DNA of 64,000 bases from Octopus sinensis (taxonomy: Eukaryota): positions 11,346,001 through 11,410,000 of the forward strand of contig NC_043026.1 in NCBI RefSeq assembly GCF_006345805.1, in the 5' to 3' direction. Positions 1-11,974 of the stretch are shown piece by piece. The translations under genes and the position numbers were made by a program. The stretch's first letter is position 1, and each line of letters begins with the position of its first letter. The notes under the pieces are model-generated. The model worked only from the letters and a program-made list of their open reading frames with translations. It searched no databases and was not told the origin of the DNA.

Positions 1-26
1 ATATATATTTATATATATATTTATAT

Positions 27-58
<32 letters not shown>

Positions 59-88
59 ATATTATATATATATTTATATATATATATT

Positions 89-136
<48 letters not shown>

Positions 137-180
137 TTATATATATATATATATATTTATATATTATATATATATATGTA
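1..180. repeat. (TA)n-type microsatellite
   Basis: Almost pure A/T dinucleotide repeat. Confidence 0.95.
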
Positions 181-450
181 TCAAATGAAAAACAGAACAC
201 AAAGGATGTTGCAGTACATATGTTTCGGGCTTTGTAGAACAACTTATTCTTACATCAATGCATAATCAATTATGTCGATTATGCATTGGTGTAAGAATAA
301 GTTGTTCTATAAAGCCCGAAACATATGTACCGCAACATCCTTTGTGTCCTGTTTTTCATTTTATTTCATTTGATACATATATCCTATCACCTATGCTACT
401 AGCTGGCATATACAGGTGCTTACATTTATCAAGTATTCACCCTGAATTTT
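177..450 (+). mobile_element. Penelope-like pseudo-LTR remnant, family A, with 5'-inverted copy (3' half of hammerhead only)
   Basis: Inverted arms 177-267 and 277-377 plus a unique 3' extension. Same sequence family as 8279-8795 and 43251-43342. Contains AAAGCCCGAAACATATGTACCGC but no CTGANGA. Confidence 0.6.
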
Positions 451-651
451 TTATTATATATATATATATATACTGGAGTAAGCACATATTTGGGAATTAT
501 GAATACGCATCATTATCATCATCATAGGTTTAACATCCAATTTCCACACTTGCATGGGTTAGAGCAGTGGTTCTCAACCATTTCTTTTATCTATAGCTCC
601 CTTTGATTACTGTTTTATTCTGGAGGACCCCGGTAACCAATTGATGTTTAA

Positions 652-853
652 CCCTTTGGTGTTCATATTCCTCTGCCAAAATTAATTCTTGTTTATTCAC
701 AATATTTTGATCATGCATTATCTTGTAGCTTTGAGATTTTGATGATGTGATCGCTTATTCTTAGGGTAGGTGTGACATGTGAGATCTGACCAGTTTGAAC
801 ATAAAGCACATTGAATATTCGGGCAAGATATGGCTAGTTTAAATGCTAAAGGA
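652..853. mobile_element. piggyBac-like MITE
   Basis: TTAA at 648-651 and 854-857. Ends CCCTTTGG and CTAAAGGA form an imperfect TIR. Confidence 0.5.
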
Positions 854-929
854 TTAAAAACTAGTTTAATAGATACTTCTTTCAAAATTCTTATTGTTTT
901 TCACCTATTCATTTTTATTCTTTTACTTG

Positions 930-1505
930 AAGACTCGGCAAGCCATACGAGACCATAACCTCGTGGCCTAAGCCAGGGGTGTAACCAGCCCACTTATGCA
1001 TACCTTTCCTTCATTGGACACTAAACTCTACTTGCAAAGACCTGTTGAGGCAAGTGAAATTGAAATCAAATTTGATGGCTGGCATCTGTGCTAGTGGAGT
1101 GCTAAGAGCACCATCCGAGCGGGATCGTTGCCAGAGTGGCTAACTGGGTTCTGTGCTGGTGGCACGTAAAAAGCACCATTCAAACGTGATCATTACCAGC
1201 GTCGCCTTACTGGCACGTGAAAAAACATTTGAGCTAGGTCGTTGCCAGTGCCGCTGGACTGGTCTCCTGTGCAGGTGGCATGTAAAAAACACCATTTGAA
1301 TATGGCCGTTGCCAGTACCGCCTGACTGGCCCTTGTGCCGGTGGCACGTAAAAGCACCCACTACACTCTCGGAGTGGTTGGCGTTGGGAAGGGCATCCAG
1401 CTATAGAAACTCTGCCAGATCTTATTGGAGCCTGGTGCAGCGCTCAGTCAAACCGTCCAACCCATGCCAGCATTGAAAGCGGACGTTAAACGACGATGAT
1501 GATGA
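930..1505 (+). mobile_element. SINE/LINE-tail repeat family D with (GAT)n tail
   Basis: Shares GGCACGTAAAAGCACCCACTACACTCTCGGAGTGGTTGGCGTT...GGACGTTAAACGATGATG with copies near 5.7k, 14.3k, 19.0k, 19.8k, 21.4k, 27.3k and 28.1k. Confidence 0.75.
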
Positions 1506-1699
1506 TTTGGCAATAAAATTTCTTACAGAGACATAATTTCTTTTATGATGACTAAAAACACAAGGAGTTAAATATATGGAGGTGAAATTTGTAGAAAATT
1601 TTCATTCATAGTTTTCATAAATAAATATATACAGGAGAAAAATAATATTCTTTTCTAATTTAGGCACGAGGCCGAAAATGTTTGGGGAAGGGGCCAGTC

Positions 1700-2245
1700 A
1701 ATTAGATCAAACCCAGTGCGCAACTGGTACTTAATTTATCAACCCCCAAAAGGAGGAATGGCAAAGTCGACCTCGGTGGAATTTGAACTCAGAATGTAAA
1801 GACAGATGAAATACCTATTTCTTTATTACCCACAAGGGGCTAAACACAGAGGGGACAAACAAGGACAGACATAGGTATTAAATCGACCCCAGAGCGTAAC
1901 TGGTACTTAATTTATCGACCCCGAAAGGATGAAAGGCAAAGTCGACCTCGGCGGAATTTGAACTCACAACGTAACGCAGATGAAATACCGCTAAGCATTT
2001 CGCCCGGCGTGATAATGTTTCTTATTTCTTTATTGCCCACAAGGGGCTAAACATAGAGGGGACAAACAAAGGGATTAAGTCGATTACATCGATCCCAGTG
2101 CGTAACTGGTACTTAATTTATCGACCTCGAAAGGATGAAAGGCAAAGTCGACCTCGGCGGAATTTGAACTCGGAACGTAAAGACAGACGAATCTCTGCTA
2201 AGCATTTCGCCCGGCGTGTTAATGTTTCTGCCAGCTCGCCGCCTT
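1700..2245 (-). mobile_element. Nested copies of tRNA-derived SINE family B
   Basis: Three overlapping copies of the element seen intact at 16328-16548. Confidence 0.8.
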
Positions 2246-3871
2246 TGCGCTATATCCAACCTGGAGATGAATGAAGAATCATTGCAGTAATAACCGATAT
2301 TAAAGGCAAAAAGACCAGTAATTTTGAGAAAAATGGCAAGTTAGCTTTATTGACTCCAGTGCTGGATCGGTACTTTACTTTATTGACCGCGAAAGGATGA
2401 AAGCCAATGTTGACCTAGGTTGGATTTGAACTCAGAATGTAAAGAACTGAGCACTTTGTCCGGCGCTGTCCTGAATCTATCAGTTCATTGCCTTAGAATC
2501 AGTCATTTAGTCGAAGGCAGCATTGCCGTTAAAACAGCAGAAATAATGGGTAATATTACCCTTACAAGGCGGGAAAAATTGTCAACAAACACATTCGACG
2601 CTTCTAATAAAAACAAATGTAAGTTCATGTTTATATATACACGCTTGGTTGCGTGTATATATCCACTTATTATCGTTTCTTAAGTTTTTCTCCACATATT
2701 TTCTTAGATTTATAATTCGAAGAGGATTTGCTTGCTATTTCCAGCATATCGAACAAACACATCGAGGCTCCCTCATTGCTATATAAATAATAATCATTTG
2801 ATTTCATATCGGGTTTGGGTAGAACTAAAGGTAGCACTCAATACATTTAAAGGTGTTTCTGAATGTATTAAATTATATTAGGGACTTTTAACCTATGTCA
2901 CCGGTATCATTTGAGCGGGGAGAAAATTGTTACCGACACCGCGTACCTTGTATGTTTATAATTAGTTCAGTTAATTAGGTGTAGTAATTACATTCTGTTA
3001 ACGGTAAACGTTTATGGATAAGATAGGGCAACCTACATGTTTCAGGGCTGGTGTTCCATCAGCTCCGTAATTAAACATTTCATATCATCACAAACTATGT
3101 TACATCGTTAATTGAGTGTTTCCTATCTTAGAAGAATTGTAGAAATGAAATCTTTATTATGATCAAGACGATCTTATACAGAATGGGACAACACAGGACA
3201 AGCAAAAATGTTATATGAGTTCGTATGATATCATTTAAAAATTTACTAAAATATATTTTATACACGATTAATTTAACCTTAGACTAGAACCCGGCAGCCT
3301 ATAAGGCCCAGCAACTATCTTTTCCTTTCATCAATGATTAAGCTGGGCTACTAACATCCACCTTTCTCATCATATCCTTCCATCGTTTCCCGTATTCTCC
3401 AGAAGAGATGTAGAAATGAGTTCTAATCAACAACTAAAAATGAGGGAACAATTTATCCGATCATTCTAGACCTTTTAGATGTCTAAAGTACCCATTATTT
3501 GGATCACCATCACAACACATTATCTACTTTTCTACTATCCACAGTAAACAATTCTGATTTATCAAAAGCACGTACATATATTTGGTCCCTACATATAAAT
3601 ATACACAGTTTCTTTCAATTACATCGCTCTTACACAATAACTTTACCTCTTCCTACCTTTCTTAACACAGAAAAAGAATTCCTTTTTTGCTAACAACAAT
3701 ATGCATGTGCCTCAATCAACAAAAAACTTTTCCCCTGGTAAGTAGAAAATATGCTGTGCTACATATTTCCCACACATACAAACAGATAGCTTATGATATC
3801 TAAAAGAAGAAACTGAACTAAGTTATATACACAGACATTTCTCAGTTTTTAAGGATTCCTCGGTAATTAAT

Positions 3872-5668
3872 ATGGAAAACGTTAATTATTTGGATAGTTT
3901 CAACATAAATACAATTGCTCGAGCATGCAGTGATGAGAAACCTTCGCGAAGTGAATCATTAACTAAACGAACATCAGTAATTGGAAATATTCTTGAATAT
4001 TCTTGTGAGATTTGTAAGAAGAGTTTCTCTTCACAAGACGAAGTCTTGACACACAAAGAAATACACAACAGCAAAAGACTATTTCACTGTGGAATATGCG
4101 GGAAGCATTTTGCCTCTAACAGTAATTTAACAACCCACGGAAGGATCCACGCTGGGGAAAAACCTTTCCACTGTGAGACGTGTGGAAAGTCTTTTACTCA
4201 GAATTCGAGTCTTGTTATCCACAAACGCTGTCACACGGGGGAGAAACCGTTTCACTGTGAAATATGTCCGAAATCATTTGTTTCTAACAGTGATTTCACA
4301 AAACACAAAAGAATCCATAGTACAGAAAAACCGTTCCACTGTGAGATATGTAGGAAATCATTCTCCGATAACACTAGTCTAACTGTTCACAAAATGATCC
4401 ACACCGGTGAAAGACCGTTTCGTTGTGAAATATGTAGGAAATGTTTTATGAATAATTCGGGTCTTGTTATTCACTTACGGAGTCATAGTGGGGAAAGACC
4501 GTTTTGCTGTGAAATATGTGGTAAATCTTTTTTCAAAAACAGTGATTTAACAAAACACAAACGAATTCATACTGGAGAGAAACCATATCACTGTGATATA
4601 TGTGGGAAATCTTTCTCTGATAAATCTAATCTTTCAGGTCACAAACGTAGTCACACCAGGGAGAAACCATATCCTTGTGAAACTTGTGGGAAATGGTTTG
4701 TTTCTAAAAGTGTCTTAAAAACGCATTGTAGATTACACACGGGAGAAAAACCGTTCCACTGTGAAATATGCGAGGAATCATTTATCACTAAAGTTCTCTT
4801 GAAATCGCATGAAGCATTACACACGGGAGAAAAGGTATTTTGCTGTGAAACGTGTGGGAAATCTTTTACGAACAATTCTCATCTTTTAGTTCACAAACGT
4901 AGTCACACTGGAGAAAAGCCATTTCGTTGTGAGATATGTGAGAAATCATTTGTGGATAACAGCGTCTTAAGAAAGCACAAACGAATACACACGGGAGAAA
5001 AACCATTTCATTGTGTAATCTGTGGAAAATCGTTTCTCTCTAACAGTGATTTAACAAAACACAAAAGGATCCACTCTGGGGAGAAACCCTATTGCTGCGA
5101 AGTGTGCGGAAAGTATTTTGTGTACAACAGTGATTTTAACAGACACAAACGAATCCACACAGGGGAGAAACCTTATCGTTGTGAAATCTGTGGCAAGTCA
5201 TTCACCGATAATTCTAACCTTGTTGGTCACAAACGTAGTCATACTGGAGAGAGTAGTTATAGCTGTGAGATATGTGACAAGTCGTTCTCTGTTAACTCCT
5301 GTCTTGTCATTCACAGACGTTGTCACACTGGAGAAAAGCCTTATCGTTGTGAAATCTGTGGTAAATCGTTCGCTGATAATTCCCACCTTGTGGTTCACAT
5401 ACGTAGCCATACAGGAGAGAAACCGTATCAGTGTGAGATCTGTAAGAAGTCATTTGTCTCTAAAAGCGTCTTGACCATACACCATAGAACTCACACCGGG
5501 GAAAAACCATTTCACTGTGAAATATGTGGAAAATGTTTTATCACTAACGGCGTCTTAAAAACACACAGAATTATACATACTGGAGAGAAACCGTTTCACT
5601 GTGAAGTGTGTAAGAAATCGTTTATCACAAACAGTCTCTTGAAAAAACACAAACAGCTACACGTTTGA
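3872..5668 (+). CDS. C2H2 zinc-finger protein (ZNF1), 598 aa, 20 tandem fingers, intronless CDS
   Basis: Twenty CxxC-x12-HxxxH units with TGEKP-type linkers. No N-terminal effector domain recognised. Confidence 0.92.
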   Translation: MENVNYLDSFNINTIARACSDEKPSRSESLTKRTSVIGNILEYSCEICKKSFSSQDEVLTHKEIHNSKRLFHCGICGKHFASNSNLTTHGRIHAGEKPFHCETCGKSFTQNSSLVIHKRCHTGEKPFHCEICPKSFVSNSDFTKHKRIHSTEKPFHCEICRKSFSDNTSLTVHKMIHTGERPFRCEICRKCFMNNSGLVIHLRSHSGERPFCCEICGKSFFKNSDLTKHKRIHTGEKPYHCDICGKSFSDKSNLSGHKRSHTREKPYPCETCGKWFVSKSVLKTHCRLHTGEKPFHCEICEESFITKVLLKSHEALHTGEKVFCCETCGKSFTNNSHLLVHKRSHTGEKPFRCEICEKSFVDNSVLRKHKRIHTGEKPFHCVICGKSFLSNSDLTKHKRIHSGEKPYCCEVCGKYFVYNSDFNRHKRIHTGEKPYRCEICGKSFTDNSNLVGHKRSHTGESSYSCEICDKSFSVNSCLVIHRRCHTGEKPYRCEICGKSFADNSHLVVHIRSHTGEKPYQCEICKKSFVSKSVLTIHHRTHTGEKPFHCEICGKCFITNGVLKTHRIIHTGEKPFHCEVCKKSFITNSLLKKHKQLHV

Positions 5669-5699
5669 AGGAAATTTTTTTCACTGTGAAGAACAAAGA

Positions 5700-6545
5700 A
5701 ATCCATCTCTTGCAAACCAAAACGTGGAGACACATACAAGACACCTGTGCCGGTGACACATAAGAGGGACCCATGAAAGGGTCCCGTGCTGGTAGCACAT
5801 AAAAGGCACTCATGCTGATGACAAGTGAAAGGCAGCTGTGCCAGTGACACATAAAAAGCACCTGTGCTGATGGCACATGAAAGGCACCTGTGCCTGTGAC
5901 ACATGGAAGGCACCTGTGCTGGTGACGTGAAAGGCACCCATGCTGATGGCACATGAAAGGCACCTGTGCTGGTGACGTGAAAGACACCCATGCTGATGGC
6001 ACATGAAAGGCACCTGTGCCTGTGACGCATAAAAGGCACCTGTGCTGGTGACGTGAAAGACACCCATGCTGATGGCACATGAAAGGCACCTGTGCCTGTG
6101 ACACATGGAAGGCACCTGTGCTGGTGACGTGAAAGACACCCATGCTGATGGCACATGAAAGGCACCTGTGCCTGTGACACATGGAAGGCACCTGTGCTGG
6201 TGACGTGAAAGACACCCATGCTGATGGCACATGAAAGGCACCTGTGCCTGTGACGCATAAAAGGCACCTGTGCTGGTGACGTGAAAGACACCCATGCTGA
6301 TGGCACATGAAAGGCACCTGTGCCTGTAACACATAGAATGCACCCATGCCGGTGAGATGTAAAAGGCACCTGTGCCAGTGACACGCAAAAGGTAAACTGT
6401 ACACTCTGTGGAATGGTTGGCATTAGGAAGGGCATCCAGCCATAAAAACCAAGCCAAAATCAGACTGGAACCCAGTGCAACTCTCCAGCTTACCAGTTCC
6501 ATTCAAACTATCTTACACAGGCTGACATAGAAAACATATGCTACA
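5700..6545 (+). repeat. Family D repeat with expanded 76-bp minisatellite
   Basis: CACCCATGCTGATGGCACATGAAAGG recurs at about 5935, 5986, 6061, 6137, 6213 and 6289. The 3' part matches family D. Confidence 0.85.
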
Positions 6546-6557
6546 TGATAATGTAGT

Positions 6558-7188
6558 AGAGGCACATGGCTTAGTGGTTAGAGCAGTGGACACGTGGCCG
6601 AGGGATCGTGGGTTCAAATCTCAGACCGGGCGATGTGTGTGTTTATGAGCGAAACACCTAAGCTCCAAGCGGCTCCGGCAGAAGGTAATGGCGAACTTCT
6701 GCTGACTCTTTTGCCACAACTTTCTCTCACTCTTTCCTCCTGCATCTTGCAGCTCACCTGCGATGGACTGGCGTCCTGTCCAGGTGGGGAACCTATATGC
6801 CAAGAAACCAGGAAACCGGCCCTTATGAGCCAGGCATGGCTCGAGAAGGTACTGTTTTGTTTTGTGGAGGCACATAGCCTAGTGGTTAGAGCAGCGAACT
6901 CGCGGTCAAGGGATCGTGGGTTCAAATCTCAGACTGGGTGATGTGTGTGTTTATGAGCGAAACACCTAAGCTCCACGCGGCTCCGGCAGAAGATAATGGC
7001 AAACTTCTGCTGACTCTTTCGCCACAACTTTCTCTCACTCTTTCCTCCTGCATCTTGCAGCTCACCTGCGATGGACTTGCGTCCCGTCCAGGTGGGGAAC
7101 CTATACGCCTAGAAACCGGGAAACCGGCCCTTATTAGCCAGGCATGGCTCGAGAAGGAACAAAACAAAACAAACAAACCAAAATGTTT
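6558..7188 (+). mobile_element. Two tandem tRNA-derived SINEs (family C, body type a)
   Basis: Heads GGAGGCACATGGCCTAGTGGTTAGAGCAG (A box) and GGTTCAAATCTC (B box) at about 6558 and 6866. (AAAC)n tail. Confidence 0.85.
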
Positions 7189-7214
7189 TCGACTCCTTGC
7201 AACAAATATTGAAA

Positions 7215-7340
7215 AATATGATGAAATATGTCGGAAATCATTCTCTTTGAATTATGAGTTTGTCATCTAAAGAAGTGCATTTGTTTGAGAGCAGTCCTTT
7301 CACTGAGGTATTTGGGAAATCATTTTTGTGGATTATAAAT
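7215..7340 (+). pseudogene. Degenerate zinc-finger remnants downstream of ZNF1
   Basis: Translates as ...EICRKSFSLNYEFVI*... and ...FH*GIWEII, i.e. decayed C2H2 repeats. Confidence 0.55.
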
Positions 7341-7797
7341 TTGTGTGATGGTTAGGGGTGTTGGACTCGTAAGATTGTGGTTTCAATTCCTGGACTGGGC
7401 AACGCATTGTGTTCTTGAGCAAAACCTTTCATTTCATGTTACCCTAGTCTACTCAGCTGGCAAAAACGAGTAATTCTACAATGGACTGACGTTCCATTCC
7501 AGTGGGGAATATATAGGAACCAGGAAAGCAGTGCTACGAATCTATATGATTCAGGAAGGAACTTTACTTTACATACTAAACTTGTAGTTGGCAAATAAAT
7601 GTAAACTGGGTTAAAAATTATACTGAGACTTCGCTAATAAATACATGAATGTTGAAAAAAAAAATGATTTTTAACTCACAGCATTCTATTATTATTAAAC
7701 ATTCATAATTGGAACGAATAAATAAAATTGAATATTAAGTATTTATTGAATATTGATTTACTGTCAGGTGACTTTTAGCCAACCCTGTGTATATATA

Positions 7798-8040
7798 CCG
7801 GAGTAAACACATAAATGTGAAACAAGGTGGAAAAAAGAGTACTCAAATACAAGTGGTAGAGTAATATGCTTCATTTAAAGCGGCAGAAAATTCAACAAAA
7901 CCTGTTACTCTGAGTTTCACGTTTCCGTTCGTTGGACAGTTTTTGCTAGTTTTTTCTAGCAAAAATTGTCCGATGAACGGCAACGGGAAACTCAGAGTAA
8001 TAGGTTTTGTTGAATTTTCTGCTGCTTTAAATAAAGTATA
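7798..8040 (-). mobile_element. Palindromic Penelope-like insertion, family B, with minimal type I hammerhead motifs
   Basis: Inverted arms span about 7864-8040. Motif CTGT-CCRAYGA-ACG-GAAA-CGT-GAAA-CTCAGAG-TA-ACAG at 7902-7939 (-) and a diverged copy at 7966-8003 (+). Confidence 0.6.
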
Positions 8041-8278
8041 TATATATATACTTTTTATCTTATATTAAGCTTTTTAATACTTTTTGATAGTTATATATAT
8101 TTAATAAAAAATATATATATATAAATTAATAATTTTAATTTTAAATTTAAATAATTTTAATTTTTGAATTTTATATTTTATATATTTTGTATATTTTTAT
8201 TTTTATGTTTTGATTTATGTTTTTCACTGTTTGATTTACCTAATAGTGGTTTTATCTCTAATTTAATTTATATATATA

Positions 8279-8795
8279 TGTATCAAAAGAAAAACAGGAC
8301 GCGACGCAAAGGATTTTGCGGTACATATGTTTCGGGCTTTATTGAACAACTTATTCCTATATCAATGCATAATTGATATAACAGATAGATCAAAAGCCTT
8401 CTTCAGCCGCGTACAATTACCACACCAAAGACATGTATCACATTATAGAGGGTTTGAGAAAAAGTTTGGGAAAAAACTGAGTTTCATTGGGAAAGTAAAT
8501 CCTCATAGGCGTATATGGCATTGCGAGACACCAAAACAAATCGTCCATACTGTTTCTCAAACCTGCTATAATGTGATACATGTCTTTGGTGTGGTAATTG
8601 TACGCGGCTGAAGAAGGCTTTTGACCTACCTGTTATATCAATTATGCATTGATATAAGTTGTTCAATAAAGCCCGAAACATATGTACCACAATCCTTTGC
8701 GTCCTGTTTTTCTTTTGATACATATATCCTATCACCTATACCACTAGCTGGCATATACAGGTGCTTACATTTATCAAGCATTCACCCTGAACTTA
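8279..8795 (+). mobile_element. Palindromic Penelope-like insertion, family A
   Basis: Inverted arms 8279-8462 and 8552-8722, then the 3' extension shared with the copy at 177-450. Confidence 0.7.
8318..8410 (-). ncRNA. Type I hammerhead ribozyme motif
   Basis: GCGG-CTGAAGA-A-GGCTTT...AAAGCC-C-GAAA-CATATG-TA-CCGC. Palindromic stem III (ACATATGT), GUA triplet. Confidence 0.65.
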
Positions 8796-8818
8796 TTTTA
8801 TATATATATATATATAGT

Positions 8819-9110
8819 GGAGGCGCAATGGCCTAGTGGTTAGGGCAGCGGACTCGCAGTCGCAGGATCGCTGTTTCGATTCCCAAACCGGGCGTTGTGT
8901 TTGTTTATTGAGCGAAAACACCTTAAAGCTCCACAAGGCTCCGGCAAGGGGTGGTGATCCCTGCTGTACTCTTTCACCACTCTTTCTCTCACTCTTCTGT
9001 TGGCCTGCTCACTTAGCCAGCGGGGTGGCGTCACTCGAAGGCTAAAACAATGCAAACGCATTGTGACCAGTGATGTGTTGCAACATCTGATGGTCTGGTC
9101 GGTCACGTGA
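8819..9110 (+). mobile_element. tRNA-derived SINE (family C, body type b)
   Basis: Same tRNA-like head with a different body. A truncated reverse copy lies at about 49449-49591. Confidence 0.8.
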
Positions 9111-9159
9111 TATATATATATATATAGATAGAGAGAGAGAGAGAGAGATGCACATGTAT

Positions 9160-9368
9160 GGGGGTGGGGTGCTGAAAAGTTCCTGGCTTTGGATAAAGAA
9201 ACTCCAGGAGGATCAGTTTATTATGATTTTTTTTCTCCTCTCAGATTCACATACATATTGAGTGTTCCTTCAGTTTTTCCAAGTCCTGTAAAAGAACTTG
9301 GAAGGTTAAACTTCCAATCAGACCTTTCACTAGACCCTTGAAACCTGGAACTTTTTCAGTATCCCCTT
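9160..9368. mobile_element. mariner-type MITE
   Basis: Imperfect TIRs GGGGTGCTGAAAAGTTCCTGG and CCTGGAACTTTTTCAGTATCCCC. Confidence 0.5.
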
Positions 9369-9523
9369 GTGTATCTTATATAATAAAACAAAGTTTGTGT
9401 GTGTGTCTATGTCTGTTCCTTATAGATTAGAAAACTGAGATGCCACTTTTGATTCATGAGGTATCAAAAGATTCAATAATCTTTCAGCTACCAAATAAAG
9501 TGTTTTTTGCACAACAACTCTTT

Positions 9524-10110
9524 AAAAGCACCGCCTTTAGTCAAGCAAATCGACCCCGGGACTTATTCTTTGTAAGCCTAGTACTTATTCTATCGGGTCC
9601 CTTTTGCCAAACCGCTAAGTTACGGGGACGCAAAAGCACCAGCATCAGTTGTCAAGTGATGTTGGGGGACAAACACACACACATATATACGATGGGCTTC
9701 TTTCAGTTTCCGTCTACCAAATCCACTCACGAGGCTTTGGTCAGCCCCGAGGCTATAGCAGAAAACACTCATCCAAGGTGCCACGCAGTGGGACTGAACC
9801 TGGAACCATCTGGTTCGTAAGCAAGCTATTTTGCACAACTCTTCAAAAGCACCACCTTTAGTCGAGCAAATCAACCCCGGGACTTATTCTTTGTAAGCCT
9901 AGTACTTATTCTATCAGGTCCCTTTTGCCGAACCGCTAAGTTACGGGGACGCAAACACACCAGCATCAGTTGTCAAGTGATGTTAGGAGATAAACACACA
10001 CACATATATACGTATACACGATGGGTTTCTTTCAGTTTCCGTCTACCAAATCCACTCACAAGGCCTTGGTTGGCCCGAGGGTATAGCAGAAGACACTTGC
10101 CCAAGGTGTC
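9524..10110 (-). mobile_element. SINE family A, two partial copies
   Basis: Matches the family A consensus seen at 18408-18805. Confidence 0.8.
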
Positions 10111-10429
10111 ACGTAGTGGGACATCCTGCAAGACAAAAAACAAAACCTGTCAAAGGGCGAAAGACATCAAAACAATCCACAATCATCCAAATTATGAAGG
10201 CACATGGCCTGGTGGTTAGGGTGTTGCACTTATGAATGCAAGATCATGGTTCCAATTCATAGACTGGCTGTTCACTGTATTCTTAAGCAAAACACTACAT
10301 TTTACATTGCTCCAATCTACTCAGCTGTGAATGGATAATCGTGTGATGGATTGGTGTACAAGGGTGAATTGGTGACCCTTGAACCCCTTTTTGTACTCAG
10401 CCATCAAAAGGACAAGTACAACCTATTTC

Positions 10430-10828
10430 ATTACAACCCACAAGGGGCTAAACATAGAGGGGACAAACAAGGACAGACAAACGGATTAAGTCGATTACAT
10501 CGACCCCAGTGCGTAACTGGTACTTAATTTATCAACCCTGAAAGGATGAAAGGCAAAGTCGACCTTGGCGGAATTTGAACTCAGAACGTGGCAGCAGACG
10601 AAATGCCTATTTCTTTACTACCCACAAAGGGCTAAACACAGAGGACAAACAAGGGCAGACAAACGGATTAAGTTGATTACATTGACCCTAGTGTGTAACT
10701 GGTTCTTAATTTATCGACCCCAAAAGGATGAAAGGCAAAGTCGACCTCGGCGGAATTTGAACTCAGAACGTAACGGCAGACGAAATACCGCTAAGCATTT
10801 CGCCCGGCTTGCTAACGTTTCTGCCAGC
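10430..10828 (-). mobile_element. SINE family B, nested pair
   Basis: Two copies. The 3' end of one abuts GGCATTTC inside the other at 10607/10608. Confidence 0.8.
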
Positions 10829-10980
10829 TGTGAACCTCAACTGGTTGGAATTGGTTGTTCAACCATGCTGAAAGATGAACGGTAAGAAACTTTAATGACA
10901 AATATAACAATGACTAGATTTCTCTTCGGGATGTCTTTATTAAGGATTCCAAAGTAAGTACTGAGCTCCTATCTGCAAAC

Positions 10981-11842
10981 TATTGGGTTGTCCAGAAAGT
11001 TTGTGCCGATTTTTAAAGGAAAGAAAAAAGGTCAATAAATACTTGCCATTACATTTTTAATCAACGAAATATGAACCATTTTGCTGCACAATGTGTCTCC
11101 ATCTTTCCTTTAACTTGAAAATACCCTCTTCCCAGAATTGAGGTGGTTTCATGGCAAAGAATTCATCAAGGTATATTTTTACATCATCCAAGGAATTGAA
11201 ATTTTTACCATTAAGACTATTCTGCAGAGACCTGAATAAGTGGAAATCCGAAGGAGCAATATCTGGTGAATATGGAGTGTGGGGTAACACATCCCAGCCA
11301 AACTGCAGCAATTTTTGTCTGGTTCCCAAAGCATCAAGTGCCAAAAATGAACTTTCTTATCTTCCATTTTAAAGGGTTACAGAATTAACACAGATTATAG
11401 GAACATAAACCTTCTTCTACGAAAAGATAGCTTAAACTGTGCTCTAAACGGAGGTGTAGTCAAATCCTATTTTATGGACTCAAACCATGTTCTAAAATAA
11501 GTCGAAAGGTAAGCTACTATAAATCGGCACAAACTTTCCGGACAACCCAATATCTTGAGAGATAAGCACAGCTAGCTTAAACTGGGCTCTAAATGGAGGT
11601 GTAGTCAAATCCTATTTTATGGACTCAAACCATGTTCTAAAATAAGTCGAAAGGTAAGCTACTATAAATCGGCACAAACTTTCCGGACAACCCAATATCT
11701 TGAGAGATAAGCACAGCTAGCTTAAACTGGGCTCTAAACGGAGGTGTAGTCAAATCCTATTTTATGGACTCAAACCATGTTCTAAAATAAGTCGAAAGGT
11801 AAGCTGCTATAAATCGGCACAAACTTTCCAGACAACCCAATA
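10981..11842 (-). mobile_element. Internally deleted mariner element with triplicated 5' end
   Basis: TIR TATTGGGTTGTCC-GAAAGTTTGTGCCGATTT at 10981 and its inverse ending at 11552, 11697 and 11842. TA at both ends. Remnant transposase contains MEDKKVHFWHLMLW and WDVLPHTPYSPDIAPSDFHLF. Confidence 0.9.
11057..11372 (-). pseudogene. mariner transposase remnant (N-terminal stub fused to C-terminal catalytic part)
   Basis: The PYSPDIAPSDF motif is diagnostic of mariner transposases. Most of the ORF is deleted. Confidence 0.85.
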
Positions 11843-11974
11843 AATTCATTGCTATACTCATTGCTGAGTTTCACTTTATTGACAGCACCACAGAACATGG
11901 CTTGAATGGTTCTCACCAACCACAAGATATGAGATTGACGGATGGTGTCAAAGACCTTCTCCATCCTGACATCT

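Noticed and set aside
5596-6502. Three 230-280-aa minus-strand ORFs
   Set aside because: Stop-free readings of the 76-bp minisatellite.
6558-6640. Genuine tRNA genes at SINE heads
   Set aside because: The acceptor stems do not pair and each head runs into a shared repeat body.
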